Source: Escherichia coli (GTDB lineage: Bacteria; Pseudomonadota; Gammaproteobacteria; Enterobacterales; Enterobacteriaceae). Taken from it: a stretch of DNA of 32,000 nt. Within the stretch, counting starts at the first letter, position 1, and every line of letters starts with the position of its first letter. A program made the position numbers and the translations under genes. Below, piece by piece: positions 18,796-28,946 of the stretch. The DNA lies in the NCBI RefSeq assembly GCF_004804185.1, contig NZ_CP039404.1. The stretch is one strand, 5' to 3'. Under the pieces are notes generated by a model. It was not told the DNA's origin, made no database searches, and saw nothing but the letters and a program-made list of their open reading frames with translations.

Positions 18796-18951
18796 ATGCA
18801 GACAACCAGTGACTTAATTCTTGACCTGCTGATAAAGCATTTTGTTGTGGATAGCATTACAGGCATGACGATGTTCGGCCTGATAACGCTTGTTCTTCCG
18901 TTGGTGATGACCATACACGACAAAATGAACAGGCGCACAGACTCCTTTTAA
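18796..18951 (+). CDS. possible 51-aa small membrane peptide (copy 2)
   Basis: Identical to 10544-10699. Confidence 0.25.
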   Translation: MQTTSDLILDLLIKHFVVDSITGMTMFGLITLVLPLVMTIHDKMNRRTDSF

Positions 18952-18954
18952 GAT

Positions 18955-19050
18955 TCAGTGCGCACAATGACGTTATGTGTAAAAAGGCCGCTGCGGTGGA
19001 AAGTATCGCAGCGGCCTTTTCAACATAACGCGTGTCACATTATGCGCATC
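18955..19050. other. right prophage junction: dif-like site A, GC hairpin and hybrid site B/host XerC arm
   Basis: The complement of 19018-19050 reads GATGCGCATAA-TGTGACACGCG-TTATGTTGAAA, i.e. host XerC arm, then the 11-nt phage spacer, then the phage XerD-like arm. Host sequence resumes after 19049. Confidence 0.75.
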
Positions 19051-19128
19051 AACATAAACCAAGGGAGAATCCAGTCGTTGGCGGTTCATGATTGTCCTGC
19101 TCATTAACAACGACCAAAACCCCATATC

Positions 19129-20451
19129 TTACTTAATACCGTATTCTCGGCTTAACCGACCGTGCAACCTCAACACATTGGTTTCAACTGCCGTCACCAC
19201 GTTCTCCGGAAAATCTGTCGGTAATAAAGTCTTCACGTTATCCAGTGCTGCCGGAATCATTCTGGCAAAGTCACTCAGGATTTCATGCATCTGCACTTCC
19301 GGGAATTTCAGCACCTTTGCTGTCGCCAGAAAATGTCGCGGATAAATTTTATCGATTGCCGTTTTTTTGCCTTTGGATGCGTTAAGCCCCATTGCCAGTT
19401 TGAGATCGCTGATGTGTATTCCCGTACCGCCAAGGACCGGAAATGCCGAAATGATGTCATAAAATGGTGTGAGCCGATAACTGCCGCCAGCCTGAATAAA
19501 TACGGAGAAGTTTTTTGCATGGCCATCCGTTGCGCCAATCAACCACTGGAAGACCTGAAACTTCATAAAATCATAGCGATCTTTCAGCGCCTCGCTGGAC
19601 CCCATTAAAAAAGCCATAATTTGCGCGATACCGGGGCCTCCATCTGATTCATATTTCACCGATGAAGGTAAACCGAATGTCTGGCACATATCCTCCTGTG
19701 GCAAGCGAAGTAAAACCGTTCGCTCAGTATTCCAACGCCTGTCAAAACGTTCGACCGCTAACGCGCGCACCCTTCCCGCTTTAATGATTTCTGCGTCCGG
19801 AACATTCAACCCGAGTTCTTTCGCCAGCAGCAAACAGTAATACTCATTATCAACGCTTTGGCTAAGATCGAGCGTCGCATTGGGCTGTCTGATTTCGCCA
19901 ATCGGCAATTTGATAATGTGCGTCGTTGGCGTTATTCCCTTCGGAATGCACCAGTCATTGCCTATTCTGAGCAGCGCAGTCTTCTCCTGTGCGCCAGCAA
20001 CCGAGATGCGAAAGTCATTTTCTTCTCTAATCATGCCTAACGGGATATCTGCTTTATAAGCCGTTAATACTTCTTCAAGTCTGGCTTCAGTAAGCTTTTC
20101 CCATGCCATTATCGGACACGTTACGGTTTCATCTTCGGGGATTAACGTCACGGCACCAACGCTGTCTCGCCCTATTTCTGACAATAAATCAAACGGTTGT
20201 CTGGATTTAGCATGATAACGTTTAACGATCCGGTCACGTACAATCGGGCTATCGGGTAACAGGTTATCGAAGAAGTTAAATACGGCATCAGAGGTGATAT
20301 TCCCCCTCTGCAATGGCAGCGAAAGTGACAACGGTCTGGCATAACGGCTGGCTAACCACTCAGCTGCATACTTAAAGGTGTGCGCGCCGTTGGCTAACTT
20401 CGTTAACTCGCCTACCCGCTGGTTGTTCATCCAAGTGACTAGTTTAGGCAT
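19129..20451 (-). CDS. hipA: serine/threonine kinase toxin HipA
   Basis: 440 aa from MPKLVTWMNNQRVGELTKLANGAHTF, near-identical to K-12 HipA as I recall it. The start overlaps the hipB stop (TGATG). The 459-aa ORF in the track is over-extended. Confidence 0.95.
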   Translation of the reverse strand: MPKLVTWMNNQRVGELTKLANGAHTFKYAAEWLASRYARPLSLSLPLQRGNITSDAVFNFFDNLLPDSPIVRDRIVKRYHAKSRQPFDLLSEIGRDSVGAVTLIPEDETVTCPIMAWEKLTEARLEEVLTAYKADIPLGMIREENDFRISVAGAQEKTALLRIGNDWCIPKGITPTTHIIKLPIGEIRQPNATLDLSQSVDNEYYCLLLAKELGLNVPDAEIIKAGRVRALAVERFDRRWNTERTVLLRLPQEDMCQTFGLPSSVKYESDGGPGIAQIMAFLMGSSEALKDRYDFMKFQVFQWLIGATDGHAKNFSVFIQAGGSYRLTPFYDIISAFPVLGGTGIHISDLKLAMGLNASKGKKTAIDKIYPRHFLATAKVLKFPEVQMHEILSDFARMIPAALDNVKTLLPTDFPENVVTAVETNVLRLHGRLSREYGIK

Positions 20452-20717
20452 CACCACTCCAGATCTTGCTGTTCTGTTGCTTCTGGCGAGGCATTTTTCG
20501 CGTCGCATAGCGTCATTGAGAGTTCAAGCGACTGTAAAATCTTAAAAAATGTCGTGAGCGAGGTATTGTCAGGATTGTTTTCGAAATTGGAAATTGTCGC
20601 CTGCTTAATGCCGATTTTTTTCGCCAACTCGCTCTGCGTCCAGCCGTTTTGCTGGCGAACCAGTTTCATTGCATTCGCCAATTGCGTTGGGCTATAGATC
20701 TTCTGAAAGTTCATCAT
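20451..20717 (-). CDS. hipB: antitoxin / HTH repressor HipB
   Basis: 88 aa from MMNFQKIYSPTQLANAMKLVRQQNGWTQSELAKKIGIKQATISNFE, a Cro/C1-type HTH ending in LEW. Confidence 0.95.
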   Translation of the reverse strand: MMNFQKIYSPTQLANAMKLVRQQNGWTQSELAKKIGIKQATISNFENNPDNTSLTTFFKILQSLELSMTLCDAKNASPEATEQQDLEW

Positions 20718-20738
20718 GTCATACGTCCACAGCAAATT

Positions 20739-20852
20739 TATCCGCTTAAGGGGATATTATCAGTTTTATCCTTTAGTGAGGATAAAGTCAATCTGCAAAC
20801 ACATCTTATCCGCTCTACGGGATAAACGCTGCGATATCCGCGATCGAGGATA
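20739..20852. promoter_or_regulatory. hipBA promoter with four HipB operators (TATCC-N8-GGATA)
   Basis: The four operators are TATCCGCTTAAGGGGATA (20739-20756), TATCCTTTAGTGAGGATA (20767-20784), TATCCGCTCTACGGGATA (20807-20824) and TATCCGCGATCGAGGATA (20835-20852). Confidence 0.9.
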
Positions 20853-21024
20853 AAAAGGAGGATTTAAAAAAGCACATCCTAATGCGGTGGCTTCTTTGAC
20901 TACCGGAATCTGTAATCTTAATGACCTGGGCGCGTAAAAAACGTCTGTTCAATGGGTTGATGCCGTGAGGCGAGTTTATCAGTTTTATCTACAATTGGGG
21001 TAACGCGCTGACGGGAGTAAAAAA

Positions 21025-21783
21025 ATGTCTGACTGGAACCCCTCTTTATATCTGCACTTTGCCGCTGAACGATCGCGTCCGGCGGTGGAGCTGCTTGCCA
21101 GGGTGCCGCTGGAGAATATCGAATACATTGCCGATCTTGGCTGTGGCCCAGGTAACAGCACCGTCCTTCTACACCAACGTTGGCCTGCTGCCAGGATAAC
21201 GGGCATCGACTCATCTCCGGCGATGATTGCTGAAGCGCGCAGTGCTTTGCCAGACTGCCTGTTTGTGGAAGCAGATATCCGCAACTGGCAACCGGAACAG
21301 GCACTCGATCTGATTTTTGCTAATGCCTCACTGCAATGGCTGCCCGACCACTACGAATTGTTTCCTCATCTGGTTTCGTTACTCAGTCCGCTGGGCGTGC
21401 TGGCAGTACAGATGCCAGATAACTGGCTGGAGCCGACCCATGTGCTCATGCGCGAAGTTGCCTGGGAACAAAACTACCCGGATCGCGGGCGTGAGCCGCT
21501 GGCTGGCGTTCATGCTTACTACGATATTCTGAGTGAAGCCGGATGTGAGGTCGATATCTGGCGAACCACTTACTATCACCAGATGCCGTCGCACCAGGCG
21601 ATTATCGATTGGGTGACCGCCACTGGATTACGTCCGTGGTTACAGGATCTGACCGAGAGCGAACAGCAGCATTTTCTTACGCGCTACCATCAGATGCTGG
21701 AAGAGCAATATCCCCTCCAGGAGAACGGACAGATATTGCTGGCATTTCCGCGTCTGTTTATTGTTGCCCGCCGTACGGAGTAA
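21025..21783 (+). CDS. tam: trans-aconitate 2-methyltransferase
   Basis: 252 aa starting [12 protein letters not shown], with the SAM-binding motif [10 protein letters not shown]. Matches K-12 Tam as I recall it. Confidence 0.95.
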   Translation: MSDWNPSLYLHFAAERSRPAVELLARVPLENIEYIADLGCGPGNSTVLLHQRWPAARITGIDSSPAMIAEARSALPDCLFVEADIRNWQPEQALDLIFANASLQWLPDHYELFPHLVSLLSPLGVLAVQMPDNWLEPTHVLMREVAWEQNYPDRGREPLAGVHAYYDILSEAGCEVDIWRTTYYHQMPSHQAIIDWVTATGLRPWLQDLTESEQQHFLTRYHQMLEEQYPLQENGQILLAFPRLFIVARRTE

Positions 21784-21786
21784 TTA

Positions 21787-22701
21787 TCACGTCAGCTGGT
21801 AATGGCGATCGGGAAGAATTTTCGCTGGAATTTCTGCTTCATCGTTCATCTGTAACAGGTCAATTTCAATAGCGTTGCAGATGGCATCCAGCGGTAAATC
21901 ATTGTTTTCAGTACCGAAGGGATCTTCCAGTTCTTCCGCCAGACAATCCAGCGAAATAAAAGTGTAGGAAATCAGCACAGAGATAAAAGGCGTCATGTAA
22001 TGCAGGTCCACGACCAGCGCAAACGGCAGCATGATACAAAACAGATACACGGTGCGATGCAAAATCAGGGTGTAGGCAAAGGGAATTGGCGTATAGGCAA
22101 TGCGCTCGCATCCTGCCAGGACCGCTGAAATATCATTAAGCCGATCGTTGAGGCTAATAAACAGGATATCTGAAAGTTGTCCATTGCGTCGCTGAACCGC
22201 CAACCACTCCCCCATTATTAACAAGATACGGTTAGCTGGAGAGTTCGAAGCCAGTACACGCTGAAGATCTTCAGTCTTGAGATAATGAGCCAGCACTTCC
22301 GCCTGTGGCTGTTTGCGTAATGTCATGCGTAAACAGTGGGCGAAGGCGATTTGCAGCCGGGCAAACTCCCTTACACTTGCCGAATCCGGCAATGTCGTTT
22401 TTACCTCGCGCAGTAACGACCGCGAGGCAATCATCAACTGCCCCCAAAGTTTTCGCGCTTCAACGTAACGGGCGTAACCGGCATTATTACGAAAACCAAG
22501 AAAAATGGCGATGGCGACACCGAGAATGCTGAACGGTGCGAGGGTGAATTTAATGCCCAAATGCGTGTACCAGGGCAGCATGAAAATAACAGCGATAGAA
22601 AAGAGAAAATTGAGTAGTAAGCGCGAGGATATCTTGGATAATACTGAACCGTGCCAGACAAAAATACGGCGCAGCCAGTGTTGTTGTGGACGAACAATCA
22701 T
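21787..22701 (-). CDS. yneE: bestrophin-family anion channel homologue
   Basis: 304 aa from MIVRPQQHWLRRIFVWHGSVLSKI, a multi-TM protein. The ORF in the track is extended by 17 codons upstream. Confidence 0.9.
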   Translation of the reverse strand: MIVRPQQHWLRRIFVWHGSVLSKISSRLLLNFLFSIAVIFMLPWYTHLGIKFTLAPFSILGVAIAIFLGFRNNAGYARYVEARKLWGQLMIASRSLLREVKTTLPDSASVREFARLQIAFAHCLRMTLRKQPQAEVLAHYLKTEDLQRVLASNSPANRILLIMGEWLAVQRRNGQLSDILFISLNDRLNDISAVLAGCERIAYTPIPFAYTLILHRTVYLFCIMLPFALVVDLHYMTPFISVLISYTFISLDCLAEELEDPFGTENNDLPLDAICNAIEIDLLQMNDEAEIPAKILPDRHYQLT

Positions 22702-22870
22702 GGTTATCTTCAGGCGTGGAAAAGTCGCCCTATTAAACGTGATTACGATCACATTCTCAAGACACTACTTACAAATTACCTACAAGCTTGCAACATTAAC
22801 AGGTGCTGCATGTGGCACCTGTTAATGATAAAGGCGCATAGGATGTTGTAACTAATATAGTGAAATAAGA

Positions 22871-22890
22871 AACCCGGTCGAAACCGGGTT
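22871..22890 (-). terminator. rho-independent terminator of uxaB
   Basis: AACCCGGT-cgaa-ACCGGGTT hairpin, 8 nt after the uxaB stop, followed on the minus strand by a T-rich tract. Confidence 0.7.
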
Positions 22891-22897
22891 CAGAGTA

Positions 22898-24349
22898 TTA
22901 GCACAACGGGCGTACAGCTTCGCGCATCCCTTTTTCGAGAATCGCATCCAGGTCATTAGCAACCTGCTCGACCAGACCAGGCACTTGCGTCAGGTCCTGC
23001 TCCCAGTGGTCTTTTTCTGCCAACACAATCGCTACCAGTTCCTGGGTCCCGATAACACGGTCACGATACTGGCTCCAGAGTTGCTGATAACGTTCCAGCC
23101 AGTGTGCATCGTCCTGTACCGGATATGTTTCTCCATTACGCTCACCGCGATAGAACGCAATCAATGCCGCTAATGCGAAAGTAAGGCGCGCCGGAAGTGT
23201 GCCGTTTGCCTTCTGCCCTGCCAGCAGCTGCGGCAGGATGCGTGTGCGGAACTTGGTCATACCGTTGAGCGCGATAGACAGCAGTTGATGCTTGATGTAC
23301 GGGTTACGGAAACGTCCGGTGACTGCACTGGCGAAAGACTCCAGCTCATCGCGTGGCAAATCCAGTACCGGAATAATTTCTTCGTAGATGGCTTTTTCAA
23401 CGAATGCGCAAATTTCAGCATCGTTCATCGCTTCACCTACGGTATCCAGCCCTGCCTGGAACGCCACCGGCACCAGCGCGGTGTGCGCACCGTTGAGGAT
23501 TGCCACTTTGCGTTCTTTATACGGTTTAATATCGTCAACGATCAGCACGTTGAGCGGATATTTGTCCAGACGAAGTTCAGTCGCTAAGGATTTCGGCCCC
23601 TGAATCACAAACAGGTAAAAGTGTTCAGCGGTGTCGAGGAAACCATCGTGGTAGCCCAGTTCTTCTTCCAGTTTAGCCACTTCATCACGCGGATAACCGG
23701 TAACGATACGGTCCACCAGCGTAGAACAGAAGCTGTTAGCCTGATCCAGCCATTGAATAAATGCTTCTGGCAGTGCCCACTCTTGCGCATAGCGCAGCAC
23801 CAGCTCACGCAACGCGTCGCCATTATAGTCAATCAACTCACACGGGATGATGATCCAACCTTTATCCAGCGCACCGTTGAAATGGCTAAAACGTTCGAAC
23901 AGCAGACGGGTCAGTTTTGCCGGATAACTTACCGCTGGCGCGTCATCGAATTTATCGCCCGCATGGTAGCTGATACCCGCTTCGGTGGTGTTAGAGAAAA
24001 CAAAGCGCATTTCCGGATTGTGAGCCAGTTTCAGGAATTCATCGTATTCACTGTAGACGCTGATTTCACGATTAACCGAGCGAATCAGGCGCGCGTCGCT
24101 GACCGCTTCACCCTTCTCATTCAGGCCACGGATAATGGTGGTATAAAGACCATCCTGCGTGCTCAGTGACGGCGGGAATGAAGTTTCAATCGGACGAACA
24201 ACGACCACGCCAGAATTCAGATCGGTGTGCTCATTCAGGAGATCGATTTGCCAGTCAACAAAGGCGCGCAGGAAGTTACCTTCACCAAACTGAATGATAC
24301 GTTCTGGATACTGTGCACCGGGAAAATCGCGACGATTTAGTGTTTTCAC
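22898..24349 (-). CDS. uxaB: altronate oxidoreductase (tagaturonate reductase)
   Basis: 483 aa starting [41 protein letters not shown]. Mannitol dehydrogenase family. Matches K-12 UxaB. Confidence 0.95.
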   Translation of the reverse strand: MKTLNRRDFPGAQYPERIIQFGEGNFLRAFVDWQIDLLNEHTDLNSGVVVVRPIETSFPPSLSTQDGLYTTIIRGLNEKGEAVSDARLIRSVNREISVYSEYDEFLKLAHNPEMRFVFSNTTEAGISYHAGDKFDDAPAVSYPAKLTRLLFERFSHFNGALDKGWIIIPCELIDYNGDALRELVLRYAQEWALPEAFIQWLDQANSFCSTLVDRIVTGYPRDEVAKLEEELGYHDGFLDTAEHFYLFVIQGPKSLATELRLDKYPLNVLIVDDIKPYKERKVAILNGAHTALVPVAFQAGLDTVGEAMNDAEICAFVEKAIYEEIIPVLDLPRDELESFASAVTGRFRNPYIKHQLLSIALNGMTKFRTRILPQLLAGQKANGTLPARLTFALAALIAFYRGERNGETYPVQDDAHWLERYQQLWSQYRDRVIGTQELVAIVLAEKDHWEQDLTQVPGLVEQVANDLDAILEKGMREAVRPLC

Positions 24350-24575
24350 AATGGGTTCCCTTCTGATTAGTCATACAACCTGTTTGAATTGGTACGACAG
24401 GTTAGCAAACTTTAATACGCCGAACCCCTGTTTTGATCAACTCCTGATGATTAATGAGCAGTTTTATGAGAAAAGTGTGGCGCGGATCATGGTTTAATCG
24501 AGGAAACAGGCCTTTTCTTGGATCATAAAGTGGTAGAACATATTGCATTTAATTCGCTCTGAGTAAATAAAGATG

Positions 24576-25994
24576 TCAGACAACTTCCTCACCGTAACGC
24601 ATAGTGCTGGTACGGTTGCGCCCATCTTTCTTCGAGCGATACAGACACGTATCGGCTTCGACCATCAATTTATTAAAGTCATCAGTCAGCGTTCGGTACG
24701 ATGCGCAACCACTACCGACGCCAATACTTACCGTGAGATAAAGCGTTTTTTGTTGCCAGGTGAACGGTTGAAGTTCAACGCCTTTACGGATTTTTTCCGC
24801 CATTAGCAGGCCATCGACAGGATTCACCGACGGCACTGCAACAGCAAATTCTTCGCCGCCCATTCGCGCCACCAGCCCCTTATCACCGACAATCTTCTGA
24901 ATATGCTGGGCAAACACGCTTAACACTTTATCGCCACATTCATGTCCATAGTTATCGTTAATGCTTTTGAAATAGTCGATATCAAGCAGCATGACCGTCA
25001 GATGTTGTGTCTGTTTCAGCGATGGACTTTTCAGCGCCTCATAAAGACCGGACCGTGAGTAAACCTGAGTCAGAAAATCAAAGTCGGCTCGCAGCGCAAC
25101 TTGCTTCATTAGCGAATTGATCGCTGCCACGCTAAAGGAAACCATAATTGGGCATATCGCCATCGTGGCAATACCGAGACGTGCGGAGAACATTTGCGGA
25201 ATGGAGAACGGCGAACCGACCGAGATATCAATCACCGAATTTGCCACCAGTACGACTTCCACCGCACCGGTGACAAAGGTCAACAGACATGTTACCTGCG
25301 GCGTATAGCGCACTGCACACCAGATTAATGCAGGGAGCGGAAACGCCAGACTCCCCGCTCCGCCAATGACTACCGAGGCAATAACCGACACAATAAGCGC
25401 GATAGCAGGCATCATCTGCTCTGCTTTAAAGCGCGGCAGTACTCCAGGAATTGCCAACGTCAGCATACAAGGCACGATCAACACGCCCGTTGAGAATTAC
25501 TCACTAAACCAGTCGGCAAGCAAAGGCCAGAAATCCAGACTATCAATACTGACCGAACCAATCGCCCCGACAATAGCGCATAATAATGCGGCAAGCAGAC
25601 AGTAATTAAATAGCCGTAAGGCACTTACTGGCTCATACTTATTTTTTCCCAGACGCTTATCCCGCACGACCAGTAAGGCGACGGTAACAATAAACATCAT
25701 ATTGGAGAAATTGATAGCCAGTGAAACCAGCCCCCATTCGGTGGTTATGGCATCATAAACCAGCATCGCCACATAACTGATCGCATAGTAATGCAGTCGA
25801 TTAAGCCAGACATAGCGGGCAAACACCCCCGCCATTACGCCATTCAGCGGCCAGAAAAGAGAAAGTTCGTGAACCAGCCGTAACTCTGCACCAATAAAAT
25901 AGAACAGCGTGGTTAGCACAAAAATAGCGATGCTATTACGTAGCAGATGACCTTCCTGGAACAAACGGAAAGTTGAAATGGGCTGTACATGCAT
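24576..25994 (-). pseudogene. dgcF: membrane-anchored diguanylate cyclase (GGDEF) interrupted by an in-frame TAA
   Basis: ORF 25497-25994 (165 aa, multi-TM) and ORF 24576-25484 (302 aa, more TM segments plus a GGDEF domain with RMGGEEFAV) are in the same frame. They are separated only by TAA (25497-25499) and 4 codons. Total is 472 codons, matching the full-length yneF/dgcF size as I recall it. Confidence 0.7.
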
Positions 25995-26132
25995 TAATTA
26001 TCTGTCCATACAATTGCGGGTGGCAATTATCTCAACGCAATAAGTAAATTCTTAGAAAGGATAGCATGTTCGCTGACAACGGCGGCAACTAAAGATACCT
26101 AATGAATGCCATTTTATCGATTTCCGTAATTA

Positions 26133-26492
26133 TCATGGCTGATTCATCTGTATAACCAGCCAGTGATAGATTACCGTCACAATATAACGTTGTTGCTCCT
26201 CACTTAACGCTTCCCCCTGAGGAATGTTATGCCACTTAGCCAGACAACCGCGACAACAGGTCGCGGTGGCGTGTTGAGCGATAAAAACCGGATGCCCGCG
26301 CATGGGGGTTTGCTTACCGTCGTTAGCCGGTAATGCCGGAGCAAGACGTTTAGCGACAAAATCCGCCGCATGTTGTTCAATGACTGGCGCGCCTTTCTCC
26401 AGACAATACTGACGCTCTTTCACACCCAAACGAAAGCGAGAGCGAAATTTTGAACGGGATAAACGCGCGAAGAGTGGATCGAGAGACTGCAT
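26133..26492 (-). CDS. yneG: DUF4186-family protein
   Basis: 119 aa starting [23 protein letters not shown]. The start overlaps the glsB stop (TAATG). Confidence 0.9.
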   Translation of the reverse strand: MQSLDPLFARLSRSKFRSRFRLGVKERQYCLEKGAPVIEQHAADFVAKRLAPALPANDGKQTPMRGHPVFIAQHATATCCRGCLAKWHNIPQGEALSEEQQRYIVTVIYHWLVIQMNQP

Positions 26493-27418
26493 TAATAAAC
26501 TGAACGCCCTAATTGTTTCGTCAATTGTTCAAGGACGGCAATGCCCGCAAGCGAGTTACCGGCATCATCCAGTTCCGGACTCCAGACTGCGATGGCCATT
26601 TCATGCGGAACAATCGCCACAATACCGCCACCAACGCCAGATTTTGCCGGTAGTCCCACCCGCCAGGCAAACTCCCCCGCGTTCTGGTACATACCGCTGG
26701 TCGCCATCAGCGCGTTAATTTGCCGCGCCTGCATTGGCGTCACCACAGGTTCATCAATATGAATAGCTTTCCCCTGATTCGCCAGAAAGACAAACGTCCG
26801 GGCCAGCTCTACACAGCTCATTTTCAGAGCGCAGTAATGAAAGTAGTTTTGCAGAACGGTTGTCACGTCATGATGGAAATTGCCAAACGACTTCATCAGC
26901 CAGGCGATAGCCGCATTTCGCGCGGAATGTTCAAATTCGGAACGCGCTACCACCGTATCGTAGGAAATATCAGACACACCACTTAAGCCGCGCACGACTT
27001 CCAGCATACGTTGCCGAGGAGCGCTTAATCGCCCTTGCAACATATCGCAGACCACCAGCGCACCGGCATTAATAAACGGATTACGCGGAATACCCTGCTC
27101 CATTTCCAGTTGCACTAAAGAATTGAACGGTGATCCAGACGGATCTTTGCCGACGCGTTGCCAGATTTCCTCTTCGGAGTAATGACGCATGGCGACAACG
27201 AGACTCAGCACTTTGGAAATAGACTGAATGGAAAAACGTTCTTGCGCGTCTCCGGCCTGAAAAAGCTGTCCGTCAACGGTACAGATAGCAATCCCCAATC
27301 GGGAACCGTCTACCGTAGCCAGCGCCGGAATATAATCCGCGACTTTACCCTGACCAATGAGCGGCCGCACTTGCCGCAAGATGTTTTCTAAAATTGCATT
27401 ATCCATGGCGACTGCCAC
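26492..27418 (-). CDS. glsB: glutaminase 2
   Basis: 308 aa, [34 protein letters not shown]...SISKV, a serine-dependent glutaminase motif. Confidence 0.95.
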   Translation of the reverse strand: MAVAMDNAILENILRQVRPLIGQGKVADYIPALATVDGSRLGIAICTVDGQLFQAGDAQERFSIQSISKVLSLVVAMRHYSEEEIWQRVGKDPSGSPFNSLVQLEMEQGIPRNPFINAGALVVCDMLQGRLSAPRQRMLEVVRGLSGVSDISYDTVVARSEFEHSARNAAIAWLMKSFGNFHHDVTTVLQNYFHYCALKMSCVELARTFVFLANQGKAIHIDEPVVTPMQARQINALMATSGMYQNAGEFAWRVGLPAKSGVGGGIVAIVPHEMAIAVWSPELDDAGNSLAGIAVLEQLTKQLGRSVY

Positions 27419-27481
27419 TTTCTACTCCTGGACCGCAGGTCTGAAAAGACCTGCGAGTATATCAGAGCTGAACATGTAGCG

Positions 27482-28846
27482 TCAGATCCGGCCTTTCCAC
27501 ACCGTCTGGATATTACAGAATTCGTGTAAGCCAAAATGGGAAAGCTCACGCCCAAAGCCACTCTTCTTCACGCCACCAAAGGCGACTCGCGCATCGCTGG
27601 CACAATAACCATTGATAAACACCCCACCGCATTCCAGACGTGCCGCCATCTGTCTGGCCTGTGTTTCGTCGGTGGTGAAAATGGTCGCTGAAAGGCCGAA
27701 CTCACTATCATTAGCCAGTTCCAGCGCATGTTCTGCATCTTTCGCAATGGTGATTGCCGCAACGGGGCCAAACATTTCTTCCCGAAACGCGGTCATTTCT
27801 GGGGTAACATTCGCCAGAACCGTTGGCGGATAGTAGTTACCTGCCCCAGCCATCTTTTCCCCGCCCAGTAACAAACGCGCACCCTGCGCCAGTGTTTTTT
27901 CCACCTGATGATGCAGCTCATCACGTAAATCAAAACGAGCCATTGGTCCGAGAGCGTTCTCTTCATCACGGGGATCGCCCATTTTCAAGGCTGCCGCAGC
28001 TGCCACAAAACGTTCGGTAAATGCCGAAGCAATTCCCTCTTCGATGATAAAGCGTTTTGCCGCTGCACAAACCTGTCCGGTATTCTGATAACGTCCGGCT
28101 ACCGCCGCTTTCACCGCCAGTTCCAGATCGGCATCGTTAAGCACAATAAACGGATCCGAACCACCCAGTTCCAGTACGCATTTTTTCAGTGCCGCTCCAG
28201 CACGAACACTTCCGGTCACTGTGACAGCAGCAATGCGCGAGTCTTTAATCATCTGACTGACACCGTCGTTGTCGGCATTCAGCCAGCCATATACGCCTTG
28301 TGGGATACCCGCATCTTTAAACACCTGGGCAATGAGCTGTGCACAGCCCATCACATTCGGCGCATGTTTAAGTAAGTAGCCGTTACCAGCAAGAATGATG
28401 GGAACAGCGCCACGCATCACCTGCCATAACGGAAAATTCCACGGCATAATCGCCAGAATCGTCCCCAACGGTCGATACTCAATAACCGCCTGCTGATTTT
28501 CCACCAGCGTAGGTTCTGCCTTCAGCATTGCCGGACCATGTTCTGCATACCAGTCACACAAATTCGCCGATTTCGCCACTTCAGCGCGCGCCTGGTTGAT
28601 TGGTTTGCCCATTTCACGGGTGATCATTTGCGCCATTTCTTCGCTACGGGCGCGCAGAGCCTTACCGATATCACGCAGTTTTTCAGCACGATAATCTATA
28701 TTTGTCTCGCGCCAGTCGCGAAAGCCTGCTGCCGCCAGCTGAAGCGCGTTTTCGATATCGTCAACACCAGCCCACGGCAGCACAGAAAGTTGTTCACCGG
28801 TGGCAGGATTTATCGAAATTGCATGAGTTGCCGGAGTAATGGTCAT
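27482..28846 (-). CDS. sad: succinate-semialdehyde dehydrogenase (NAD(P)+), variant lacking about 8 residues after the TGS motif
   Basis: I chose the ATG at 28844-28846 (MTITPATH), preceded by AAGGAGA. The ALDH family motifs ELGG and catalytic Cys (QVCAAAKR) are present. The product is 454 aa, against the 462 aa I recall for K-12 Sad. Confidence 0.85.
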   Translation of the reverse strand: MTITPATHAISINPATGEQLSVLPWAGVDDIENALQLAAAGFRDWRETNIDYRAEKLRDIGKALRARSEEMAQMITREMGKPINQARAEVAKSANLCDWYAEHGPAMLKAEPTLVENQQAVIEYRPLGTILAIMPWNFPLWQVMRGAVPIILAGNGYLLKHAPNVMGCAQLIAQVFKDAGIPQGVYGWLNADNDGVSQMIKDSRIAAVTVTGSVRAGAALKKCVLELGGSDPFIVLNDADLELAVKAAVAGRYQNTGQVCAAAKRFIIEEGIASAFTERFVAAAAALKMGDPRDEENALGPMARFDLRDELHHQVEKTLAQGARLLLGGEKMAGAGNYYPPTVLANVTPEMTAFREEMFGPVAAITIAKDAEHALELANDSEFGLSATIFTTDETQARQMAARLECGGVFINGYCASDARVAFGGVKKSGFGRELSHFGLHEFCNIQTVWKGRI

Positions 28847-28946
28847 CGGGGTATCTCCTTTATGAGTCATGGTATGAAGATACGCAGATTTACTCTTGCT
28901 TTAAAATGAATAATATTAAGCCACTTATTCACGAATCGAGAATGTT

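Noticed and set aside
19129-20508. N-terminally extended ORFs for hipA (459 aa), hipB (94 aa), yneE (321 aa), sad (462 aa from MTHKGDTP) and the pilin (203 aa).
   Set aside because: Internal starts have RBSs or translational coupling and match the known protein N-termini. The extensions are simply upstream open frame.
20918-21304. 128-aa and 99-aa minus-strand ORFs overlapping the tam start. Similar antisense ORFs lie inside uxaB (23621-24169), glsB, sad, Rep and ydeA.
   Set aside because: They lie antisense to well-supported genes and have odd composition and no RBS. They are typical shadow ORFs.
27434-27455. Hairpin CGCAGGTC-tgaaaa-GACCTGCG between sad and glsB.
   Set aside because: The stem is real, but it is followed by TCCAGG rather than a U-tract on the minus strand. 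It may be a weak terminator or an RNA-stability element. The evidence is not enough to call it.
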